A stretch of 32,000 bases of DNA from Candidatus Saccharimonadota bacterium (GCA_963706795.1 OY970170.1:600001-632000); one strand, 5' to 3'. Shown: positions 9,408 to 18,492, counted from the stretch's first letter. The notes: a model not told the origin generated them from the letters alone. Program-made: numbers and translations.

Positions 9408-10097
9408 ATGAAAGGTTTTACTATCGTCGAACTCCTTGTCGCGATAACCATCATCGCGCTGATCTCTGGTACTGCATATCAGGGATATTCTTCTTTTGAT
9501 GCGAGCCAAAAAGATCGCAAGATTGTCACCAATGTCAACAATCTCATACGTTCGCTCGATCGTGAGGTTGCAAATGATAGGGTTTCCTCGTACGTTCTTA
9601 CTTTTAGTTCAGGAAGTCTCGGTTCTATAGTAACAACAAATTCTTATCGACTCACTACTCCGTTGACGCTTGGTGCATTTGATTGGGTAACACTTGCGGG
9701 GTCGATTGATATGTCTGCTCTTTCGGGAAATCCAGGATTTCGCACGGTCATCGATGGAAAAATCGCTGGTACAACAATCGGAAGCGGAGGACTCACATCT
9801 GTTGGCTTTCGCTTTCCACTCGGAAGTCATGAGCGATTTGAGCTCGTAGGATTTAATGATATCGCAGCGCTTAATAATTTTAGATTTGAGCTCTATGAGC
9901 CTGAGAGCATGCTCGCTCCCATCGATACACGGCCAAGTGTTCGCTTTGAGGATCCAACACTTACCTCTGTTGTTCTCAAGAATTTCCGCTCTAAAAAAAC
10001 TCTCGAATCTCAGTCTGGTACTGCACTTCCCAATGCTAAACTCATATTTGGACGCCTTGGCAGAACTTCCGAATACATAATTTCTCCGAATGATTAG
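9408..10097 (+). CDS. type IV pilin-like / pseudopilin protein (prepilin N-terminal cleavage-methylation motif)
   Basis: The N-terminus 'MKGFTIVELLVAITIIALISGTAY' is the class III signal (G|FT.vE + hydrophobic helix). 229 aa, TAG stop. Confidence 0.8.
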   Translation: MKGFTIVELLVAITIIALISGTAYQGYSSFDASQKDRKIVTNVNNLIRSLDREVANDRVSSYVLTFSSGSLGSIVTTNSYRLTTPLTLGAFDWVTLAGSIDMSALSGNPGFRTVIDGKIAGTTIGSGGLTSVGFRFPLGSHERFELVGFNDIAALNNFRFELYEPESMLAPIDTRPSVRFEDPTLTSVVLKNFRSKKTLESQSGTALPNAKLIFGRLGRTSEYIISPND

Positions 10098-11022
10098 AAT
10101 CTGATTTTTTTGAACTCCTGAACTCTCGCGATCCATCTTAGAATCTCTCGCAAAACAGAGCGAGTTTCAAATATGTTACGTAGTAACCCAGCCGGATAAG
10201 CCAGTCGGTCGGCATGCTGAAATGACCAAAAGTGCAGTACGAGACTTTGCAGAAACAGTTGGGATTCCGGTTTTTGTGCCTGAAAAAATTCGTGGAAATA
10301 CTGAGTTTCTCTCGGCAATAAGCGCATTGGAGGTGGATTATCTCGTGGTAGTTGCATATGGCAAGATTCTCCCAAAAGAGATTTTGGAGCTCCCCCAAAG
10401 ACATCCAATTAATATCCATGGCTCGTTACTTCCAAAATATAGAGGAGCCTCACCAGTACAGTCTGCGCTTCTTGCAGGCGAAACCGAAACAGGCATCACC
10501 TTTATTGTGATGGGTGAAGCCATGGATGATGGCGATATGCTCGCAAAAGTTTCTATCGCGATAGATCCTAAAGAAACCTCCGCGACACTTTTTGAGAAAC
10601 TCGCGGCCGTAGCACCTTCTGCGCTCAAAGAAACAATCCTTCGAGATTGGGATACGCCGATTATAGCCGAAGTACAGAATCACAAAGAAGCGACCTATTG
10701 CACAAAAATCTCGAAAGAAGACGGAAAAATCGATTTTTTGCGCCCAGCTATCGAAACATTTCATAAGTGGCAAGCCTACACACCCTGGCCAGGAATCTGG
10801 TGCGAACTTGATGGGAAACGCTGCAAAATACTCGATGTCGAGACTATAAGTGACGTGAACGAATTGGCTCCAGGCGAGTGCAAAATGATTGATAATCTCG
10901 CTCTCGTAGGCTTCATAGATCATTCAGCACTACAAATTATCACCCTTCAATGTGAAGGAAAAAAACCAATGTCTGCGGTCGAATTTTTAAAAACCCGAGG
11001 CGGGCAAGTACGATTTTTATAA
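10090..11022 (+). CDS. fmt: methionyl-tRNA formyltransferase (310 aa; N-terminus recovered through two TGA-Gly codons)
   Basis: Extending ORF 10222..11022 upstream in frame gives 'MIRI-G-FF-G-TPELSRSILESLAKQSEFQICYVVTQPDKPVGR', with TGA at 10102-10104 and 10111-10113. Also present: 'NIHGSLLPKYRGASPVQSALL'. The ATG at 10090 overlaps the pilin stop (ATGATTAG). Confidence 0.9.
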
Positions 11023-11034
11023 ATTTTGAAGCAG

Positions 11035-11066
11035 AAAAAAACCGGATCTGAGATCCGGTTTTTTTG
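11035..11066. terminator. bidirectional rho-independent terminator between convergent genes
   Basis: aaaaaaa-accggatc-tga-gatccggt-ttttttt. Confidence 0.75.
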
Positions 11067-11077
11067 AATTCGCCTTA

Positions 11078-11383
11078 TTATAAGACGATGGGGTGATGCG
11101 AAAGCCAGATGACACAACCGAGTGTGGTGAGTCCTGCGCTGCCGCCCCACATTATCAAGGCATCTTGAGCAGAGGCTTTGTCTGTAATGAACCAGAAAAT
11201 GCCGCCAGCAAGTGCACCAATGATGATGCTGAAAAGAATATAGTTTGTTCCCTGAGAGAAATAGCCACTCAGGAAGGATATCACTGCAATAATGATCGCA
11301 GCGGAGTATTTTGCCCAATAGGTGCTTTCTTGAGCTTCTGTTTCTGAATCTGTAGCGTTAGTCGTATTTACTATCGTACTCAT
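11078..11383 (-). CDS. small multi-pass membrane protein, hypothetical
   Basis: 101-aa ORF with a TAA stop and three hydrophobic segments (for example AAIIIAVISFLSGYF, ILFSIIIGALAGGIFWFI). No family recognised. Confidence 0.5.
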   Translation of the reverse strand: MSTIVNTTNATDSETEAQESTYWAKYSAAIIIAVISFLSGYFSQGTNYILFSIIIGALAGGIFWFITDKASAQDALIMWGGSAGLTTLGCVIWLSHHPIVL

Positions 11384-11539
11384 TTGAAACCTCCAAAATT
11401 TGTTTTGGTGCTTGCATTGTGTAGAGAGAGGCTACTTTGTCAAAAAAATAAATCTATTCTATAAATATCATAGTATAAAAGTCAATTCTCTCATTTTCCT
11501 TTTCTTGCCGTTGGGGCAGGCGTGGATATAATCTGCGGC

Positions 11540-12307
11540 ATGTTCAATATTGCATTCAATACATTTCGTGAGCTCATTCGCAATCGGATTCTCACAATCA
11601 TTTTGTTTTTTACGTTTGTACTCATCCTGTTTTCTCAGGTATTGGCATCATTGTCGCTTGGCCAGACGGACCGAATCGTCCTTGATTTTGGTCTTGCGAT
11701 GATTGAAATCTGCGGACTCATTGCTGTAATCTTTGTTGGTGGACAGATACTTTTTAGAGAACTAGAAGGTCGTACGATTTATCTCATTCTCAGCAAGCCA
11801 ATAGCGCGAAGGGATTTCATTTTTGGGAAATTTCTTGGATTTTCGGGGATTATCTTACTCCTTCTCTTGCTTCAATCGGCTGTATTTGCGGGAGTTCTGG
11901 CATTTGGGCATATTGCATTTGATCCTCTTATTCTGACAGCGCTTCTGGCAATCTTTGTGAAGCTCTTGCTGGTCTTTGCGATTATTCTTTTTTGTTCGAC
12001 CTTTACCAATCCGCTTCTCTCCATCTTGGTGACCATGGGAATATATATCGCAGCGCACTCTACGAGCACAATCCTCGATATGGCAGCGCGCCTCAAAAAT
12101 CCATCCCTCATCATTATCGGTAAGTTCCTCACTGCAGTTATGCCTAACTTCGAGGCACTCAATTTTGCTAAAAACACTCTCTGAACTTCCGTTGCTATTG
12201 CCGCAAGCAGTTATGGGATAAATTTTGGAATTGCAGCACTCTATCTCGCTGTTATCCTCGTACTTACGGTCGTGATATTCGAACATAAGGGATTCGAAAA
12301 TGCCTAA
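11540..12307 (+). CDS. ABC-2-type transporter permease-like membrane protein (one in-frame TGA at 12182-12184)
   Basis: 'MFNIAFNTFRELIRNRILTIILFF...' and 'ELEGRTIYLILSKPIARRDFIFGKFLGF' resemble ABC-2/NosY-like permeases. The ORF continues past its TGA to TAA at 12305-12307. A GTG at 11522 is an alternative start. No ATPase partner is present in the window. Confidence 0.6.
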
Positions 12308-12959
12308 TAACCGACCGACGGAGGTCGAATTCTTTTTCCGAACTTTTTCGGTGAATAGCGATGTGCTCATGCCACGATTTGAGACAGAATCCCTCGTACG
12401 TCGAGCTATTAGTTCGCTTCACGAGGAGCCGGCTGATATTATTTGTGATGTCTGAACGGGTTCGGGGATTATTGCCGTGAGCCTAGCATCTGAGTTCCCA
12501 GATGCTAAAAATATTGCTCTCGATATCTCTCCGGCGGCGGTTGCCATTGCTCGATTGAACGCTCAGAAAAATAATACTCAAATCGAAATATGAGAGTCTG
12601 ATCTCATCTCGGGTATCGCAGATCGAAATTTTTCGTGAAAATCTCTTTTTTTTGCAGCGAACCTTCCGTATATTCGTGATAACGATCCAGAGGTTGGAGA
12701 AGATGTTGTACTCTATGATCCACATATTGCGCTCTATGGATGAGCAAAAACAGGATTTGAGTGTATCGAACGTTTTCTAGATCAATTGAATGCTATTGCA
12801 CCACAGACGAAGTCACTTCGTGTCATTCTCGAATTCGGTCATGATCAGTCTGATATTGCTGAAGCATGCTCGATAATGCACGGCTACAAATTTGCATCCT
12901 TCTCTGATCTCTCTGGTATTCCACGTTTTGCTCTACTCACTTATGCTTGATCTCGCTAA
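12300..12959 (+). CDS. prmC: HemK/PrmC-family protein-(glutamine-N5) methyltransferase, short form (219 aa, 5 in-frame TGA)
   Basis: Only visible under code 25. Motifs: 'FRTFSVNSDVLMPRFETESLV', SAM motif 'DV-G-TGSGIIAVSLA' (TGA at 12453-12455), catalytic-position 'NLPYI', and 'DPHIALYG-G-AKTGFECIERF'. The ATG at 12300 overlaps the upstream stop (ATGCCTAA). Confidence 0.75.
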
Positions 12960-13242
12960 ATATACTCAAAATCCGCACGTACTTACCGCCCTCCTTGTGA
13001 GTGCAGTAAGTACAGCTCTTAAATGAGCTGATCGAGCGGATATGATCCCATATGTGACCTGAGTAGCTCTTGGTAAGCCATGAGTTTTGGTGATTTCGAC
13101 AAATTCTACTTTAGCACGAACAGAGATCAGATTGCTGACGACCCCAATTCTCGAGTCTGTAACTACTATTCTCTCGAGATTCGACAAAAATATCGCACTT
13201 ACCCGCATTGCATTTCGCGAATGAAATCCCTCCGAAAATTAG
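12943..13242 (+). CDS. possible 99-aa hypothetical protein, open only under code 25 (4 in-frame TGA)
   Basis: This frame has no TAA or TAG from 12877 to 13240. The ATG at 12943 overlaps the prmC end and the stop overlaps the PLD start by 22 nt. No family recognised. It fills an otherwise 261-nt gap in a tightly packed operon. Confidence 0.3.
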
Positions 13243-14258
13243 TACTCTGCTGCTTCTTACTGGCTTCGTGTAGCAACCCCTACGTCGAGTACCAAAATCA
13301 ACTCGACCAAGCCAAGCAAGCACAAAAGCAAAATGCCGAAGCGATTAATGCCTTTGATCCCTCAAAGATTGAATCTTTTTCGTATGAGATCGCCGCTGGA
13401 CCCGACAAAAATATCGGAACACGGATTATTAAAGCATTCGACAGCGCGCAAAAATCGATTGATTTTAATATGTATCTCCTCACTCGGACTGATATGGTCG
13501 ATGCACTTGTGAGAGCACAGAAGCGATGAGTAAAGGTTCGTGCTATTATCGAAAAGACCGTCTATCAAATGCCGCGTATTAATAACAAGGCGTACGAGAC
13601 TCTTTCATCTGCAGGTGTTGCAGTGCAATGGGCTGACGAAAAGCGATTTAATTTTGATCACGCAAAATACTTTATTGCGGATGACACCATGATGATTGCG
13701 ACGGGGAATATGACGAAATCTTCCTTTGAGAAAAACCGCGAATTTTTTGTGTTCTCAACAGATCAACGACTCAAGGTAATGCTTGAAAAGATATTTGAAG
13801 CTGATATTACCAATACCATTCTCGATACGAGCTTCCCTGAGCTCTATATTTCACCGTCAGACTCGCGTTCAAAGATCCAAAAATTGCTCAGCGGGGCTGC
13901 AAAGTCCATCTATTTTTATTCAGAGTCGCTCTCAGATGACGCGATCCTCGATATTCTAGCCAAAAAACGTGCCGAATGACTCGATGTCAAAGTCTGTCTT
14001 TCTAAACAGAAAGGTGCATCTTTTGAAACCAAGATTGCAGATCGTCTCAAACTGGCAAATATACCTCTTACACATGCAAGCGGACCCTATGTCCATGCAA
14101 AATCATTCCTCGTCGATGGGTCGATTCTCGCCATTGGAAGCATCAATTTTACTACAAATTCACTGAATAATAACCGAGAAGTTGGCATCCTGCTGAGGAA
14201 TAGTCCATTTCTTCCACGGTATCTTTCGATCGTAAACAAAGATTGTGTCTTCCCATAA
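13221..14258 (+). CDS. phospholipase D / cardiolipin-synthase-like protein with two HKD motifs, predicted lipoprotein (2 in-frame TGA)
   Basis: Three standard-code ORFs (13080.., 13569.., and the frame after 13979) fuse in one frame. Lipobox signal 'MKSLRKLVLCCFLLASC'. HKD 1 is 'FDHAKYFIADD...GNMT' and HKD 2 is 'VHAKSFLVDG...GSINFT'. TAA at 14256-14258. Confidence 0.75.
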
Positions 14259-14303
14259 ACTCGTTGAATCAGGCAGTGAACTCGCTATAATTGCCAAAAT
14301 TCT

Positions 14304-16970
14304 ATGAAACGACTCGTTTTTGCATTCTTGGTAGCCGTCACTTCCGTTATCTGTATCGGTCTTATTTTGCGTACACAAGATGTGCGCCAAACTGCCGATG
14401 CAAGTATTAAGCTTGGACTCAGATCTGAGACAGCGCATGATATTTTTGCGCTTACAGGATCAGGAGATCTCCTCTCTAGTGCTTCTGGTACTACCGAAAA
14501 TATCAAGGCAGAAGCTCTGGGTATGATGGATTTGGTGCTCTATGATCGTAATTCGCCAGATCCGATTATTACTCAAAATACTACCAAAACAACGGTTCAG
14601 ATCGGTAAGGGGCTTTACCTTTTTAGTACAAATGATCTCTTTCAGACATATGAGATTACCTCAGATACCTTTTCTATTAAGCATGCTGCGAAGGGTGTCT
14701 TTTTTGTAGATTCACGTGCTGATGAGATTCGCATCTATTCACTCTCCGCACTGCTTGATGTTGATCTCTTGACGGATAAAACACCGGTCACAAAAGTCAG
14801 CGTCTTCCCATCAATGCTCTTTATTTACAATCCAGCATATAACACGGATCTTGCAAATGTAGATGCATTTCGCATTGCTCAGGTCAACACACTTCGAATG
14901 GTTGATCTCAATACTACCACGGGATCACGAGCAATTTTTGGCGAGAATGATGAAACTCCTACACAGATTATGAGTGCCTACAAGGCTTACTCTGCCAAGC
15001 GTGATGCAAGTTTCCGTGATTTTTATAAGGCATTCCAAATAAGCGATGATAAGAGTGATCTCTCACTCATGGATCGCTATGCAATCCTCTTTGTGAATGA
15101 CGAAAAGAAGCGATCTATTCTCATGAATTCGCTTATCGAGTCACTTCAGAGACTCTTGCTTCTTGATAAAAATCTCTGTGATACTGCCTGCAAAAAAACG
15201 ACTGGCTCACAGGATGCGCTTATCAAAAATATCACTGATCGCATCGCATCGCTTGATGCTACAGATAGCTCCAATGGAGAGTCTGCCCGTAGTCTTGTTC
15301 GTCGCTACATAGCACTCGCTACCCTCCAAACCGAAAAAAAATCCGAGGATTACTTCAGAGGTGGTAAAAGTCCATTTGTCATGCTCGTTTCAAAGGTTTT
15401 TGATAAGCGAGTTGTACTCGATGAACGCTATAGACTTCTCTCTGAGATCTATAGTTCCTACTATTTTGCTGGCGCTACCAAAGAAGAAACCGCAAAAAAT
15501 ATCGAAAATTTCATCCGCCTCCTCGTCGACGACAAGATTATTGGAGAGAAGGACTTCCTCTCATTTGTATTTTTCCTCAAGGAATATCTCTCGCTTCAGA
15601 GTAGCGTTATCAATGCGAATACACTCAATATCACCTACAACATGGTCCGAATTGCGGATGCATATTTTGTAACTCTTGGTACGGACGAGCAAAAATTCCT
15701 CGGACTTTCGACGCTGTTTTATACATTTAATACCATCTTTGATGGCATCCGTGAGAATTCACTCACGCAGTTTTTTGATGGGACACCGGATAACCTCACG
15801 CTCAAAAGCCAGTATCTCAATGGTGACAATCCAAATATTTCGAGCGACTTCCTGGCGAGTTACAAAAAAACACTCGAATCCCTCACTGATCTCCTGACTC
15901 GTAAGAATGCTGAATTCTACACTCTTCTCTGAACGAAGCAGGGTGATACGACCGATAATTTTGCCATTCTTTCGGCGACTGCAGACAAACTCAAGGCTCT
16001 CAGAGATATATTTGTCGATTACAGTGCATACCGCAAAAATCTCACATTAAATGACTCCACTCGCAATGCCACAGGTATTCTCTTCGGTGGCACCAAGCTC
16101 TCAAAAGAATCCCTCCAAACCTATCTTGCACGCTTTGAAGGCGTAAATATCTCAACGCTCGAAGTGCTCAATGACTTCGAAAAAGACAATGCATATGATG
16201 TGCGTATTACGATTGGTGGGCAGCCATTCTCATTTACGCTTCGTGAACCTGGCAATATCCTCACAAATCTCATCTACGTAGACGAAACCGGCAATACGAA
16301 CGAAAATTTTAAATCTGCTGCCATCTCACTCGATGATCGTGAGAAGCTCTCAAAAGAACGCGTAGCCATGGCACAAACGGCTGATGATCGTGCGAAATAC
16401 GACTTCCGTAACTATTTTAAGGCAACCTTCTTTAAAGCAGTTGATCTGCCAGTTATCACTACAACAGGACCGGTAATTCCATCTCATCCAGAAATGAGTC
16501 CTGATATGCAGCTCACTGTTCAGCACGAGCTCATTGAGAAGGATTTCCGTAATCTCTCAACTTTTGCGCCGATCGCGATCAAAAATATCTATGCCAAGAT
16601 CGACAGTGGAATCTACGACATTGATCTCTTTGGTGTACGATTCTCACTTCGTGGTGTGATTACGGCTTATCCGATTGAGATGACTTCCAAATATATCTTT
16701 ACGGACCAAGAACACGCGTTTTCGGGTATATCATTTAAGGTACTCAAAGATAATCCGCAGGATGGATATATGTTTGGTGGGGTCGACATTCATGTCATCC
16801 CGAATAAAATCGACCTCGCGTCATTCCAAAACAGCCTCGCAAATGCAGGTCAATACCTCGATGTTCTCCGGCGACAAGGGGTTACAAATCCCGAATCCGT
16901 GTCTATCGACCTCACAAACCAACAAATTTTTATTAACGGAACACCATTTCCTGTAACTTTCTCTAAATAA
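14304..16970 (+). CDS. large secreted/membrane-anchored hypothetical protein (888 aa, one in-frame TGA at 15930-15932)
   Basis: ORFs 14304..15932 and 16164..16970 are in the same frame and the interval between them has no TAA or TAG. N-terminal signal/anchor 'MKRLVFAFLVAVTSVICIGLIL'. No family recognised. Confidence 0.7.
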
Positions 16971-17074
16971 TGAAAAAACGCACAAATCAAGTCCTGGTGA
17001 TACTTACTGTGGGATTTCTTCTCCTTTCTTTTCTTCTTCCAATGATTTCTTTGTTTTTTCAGTCGAAAAATTAA
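16970..17074 (+). CDS. possible 34-aa single-TM micro-protein
   Basis: The ATG overlaps the upstream TAA (TAATG). Translation: MKKRTNQVLVILTVGFLLLSFLLPMISLFFQSKN. Its last 8 codons lie inside direct-repeat copy A. Confidence 0.3.
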   Translation: MKKRTNQVLVILTVGFLLLSFLLPMISLFFQSKN

Positions 17075-17150
17075 GAAAAAATTAATAATTGTGATTAGAA
17101 TGGTGAAAAGAAGCTTTCAAGGAGGAGGCTTCTTTTTTTATTTCTTGGAT
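17048..17150. repeat. direct repeat copy A (about 90-nt core plus weaker tail), contains a terminator-like hairpin
   Basis: The core 17048..17138 matches 18325..18415 with 5 mismatches by hand alignment. The hairpin is gaaaagaagc (17105-17114) / gcttctttt (17128-17136) followed by a T-run. Similarity resumes at 'atttcttggat' after a 7-nt indel. Confidence 0.85.
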
Positions 17151-17308
17151 TTTTCCTTGGATTGAAGAGCCCCATAAATACATCTCGACTTTAAATGGAG
17201 TTTCTTTTTTAAGACGAGTCACAACATGGCATAATTAAATTCAACATATTCGCATTTAAGATACTGAATCATATGTAGACTGTAGGGTTCCAATTACTCC
17301 CCGTCGAT

Positions 17309-18184
17309 ATGCAAAATCTTGAACGATCGCAAATTCCAGAAGATTATTTTCCGTACCGCTCGCATTCCCATCCTTTTTTTCACTGGCTCACAAAAAATTT
17401 GGATACATCCCACGCTTCAATCATCAATGAAGATGGCTGGTTCTGACTCATTAATCATTGCTTTTGGGGACACTTTTCAATCGCGTACTTCGAAAAGTGT
17501 GATCTTGAGCCCACGCAAGCACTCCTGATGAAATATGGTATGAAACGATGAATTGTATTCTGGTCTGGCTGGAGAAAGACAAAGCCTGCAGGACGTGGAT
17601 GGCTGAGATTCGGTTACAATTTTTCTCGAATGTATCATCACTCAACCCGTTCAGCATTTGTAGTTATCAACTCTGCAGAATACTGGGAAAAATGGACTTC
17701 AGGTGCACGATGACAGCGAAAAAAAATTCGTGACTTAGAGCAATCCGACACGATCCGCATCGATACCGACGTCAGTATTGAAGACTTCCTCATAATTTAC
17801 AACAGAACTGAAATATCCCATGGCTGGAAAACGTACTTAAGTCTAAGACAACAGTTTCTCTCTCAATATTATGGTGACAATATTCGGATCTTTCTTGCCT
17901 TTGTAGGTAATCGCCCATTGGCGGGAGCTATATTTCTCGATGACCAATCAACGAGCACATATCTCGTCGCTTTTCAAGATCCAGCAGGCAAGCCGTACCA
18001 TCTCTGACTCGCCATTGTTGATCGTTGGTGTGAACAGTCTTTTGAGAAAGGTTTTAAATACCTTGATTTCGACCATATGCAAAATACATGTGACTCGGAT
18101 TCATATGCTGGTTATACTCGCTTCAAGGCACACCTAACGGAATTTGAACTGCAGTTTCGTGAAGTATGGGCAAAATGGGTATAA
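17309..18184 (+). CDS. FemAB/CelD-like GNAT-fold acyl- or aminoacyl-transferase (291 aa, 4 in-frame TGA)
   Basis: Only open under code 25. The C-terminal half, 'IRIFLAFVGNRPLAGAIFLDDQSTSTYLVAFQDPAGKPYHLGLAIVDRWCEQSFEKGFKYLDFDH...YAGYTRFKAHL', resembles the FemAB-like / Acetyltransf_6 pattern (partner-binding strand, 'y..fD.g' and 'FK..'). TAA at 18182-18184. Confidence 0.55.
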
Positions 18185-18223
18185 GGGGAATGTGATTTCC
18201 GAGCTCTGTTTTTCTCTTTAATC

Positions 18224-18258
18224 AAAAAATCCACACCATTAATGGTGTGGATTTTTTT
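18224..18258 (+). terminator. strong rho-independent terminator of the GNAT gene
   Basis: aaaaaa-tccacaccatt/aatggtgtgga-ttttttt: a perfect 11-12 bp palindromic stem followed by a T-run. Confidence 0.8.
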
Positions 18259-18324
18259 GAGAATCTCTTTATAGAGTTTCTGCCTCTTCCTTCGTCTCCT
18301 CAATTTTCACTTTTTTCGGCGACC

Positions 18325-18434
18325 TCTTTGTTTTTTCAGTCGAAAAATTAAGAAATAATTAATAATTATGATTAGGATGGTGAAAAGAAGCTTTCAATGT
18401 GGAGGCTTCTTTTTTCGTAAAAATTTCTTTGGAT
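18325..18434. repeat. direct repeat copy B
   Basis: See copy A. The same hairpin occurs at 18382-18391 / 18405-18413. Two of the five mismatches fall in the hairpin loop (gga vs tgt) and none fall in the stem. Confidence 0.85.
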
Positions 18435-18446
18435 CCTGTCCTCCTG

Positions 18447-18463
18447 CTTGTACTGTGTACAAG
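18447..18463. promoter_or_regulatory. 7-3-7 inverted repeat upstream of the RHS gene, candidate operator/promoter element
   Basis: cttgtac-tgt-gtacaag ends 30 nt before the ATG at 18493. TTGTAC could double as a -35 element, with 'taggat' (18471-18476) as a -10 after roughly 18 nt. Confidence 0.3.
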
Positions 18464-18492
18464 ATACAAATAGGATCATTAATTTGCTATAA

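Noticed and set aside
9609-12370. Long antisense ORFs: 9609..10136 - (175 aa), 10450..10923 - (157 aa) and 11855..12370 - (171 aa).
   Set aside because: Each is antisense to a gene with clear family motifs (pilin, fmt, permease/prmC). Their sequences are Cys/Arg-rich with no domain signatures.
13080-13220. An earlier in-frame ATG (13080) for the PLD gene.
   Set aside because: It would put 47 residues in front of a textbook lipoprotein signal peptide (MKSLRKLVLCCFLLASC). The ATG at 13221 is the more plausible start.
17048-18434. The paired ~100-bp repeats considered as a CRISPR array, an integron attC pair, or IS terminal repeats.
   Set aside because: There are only two copies, in direct orientation, 1.2 kb apart. 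That is too few and too widely spaced for CRISPR. I see no GTTRRRY/RYYYAAC core sites, and no integrase or transposase is in the window. I report them simply as cassette-flanking direct repeats.
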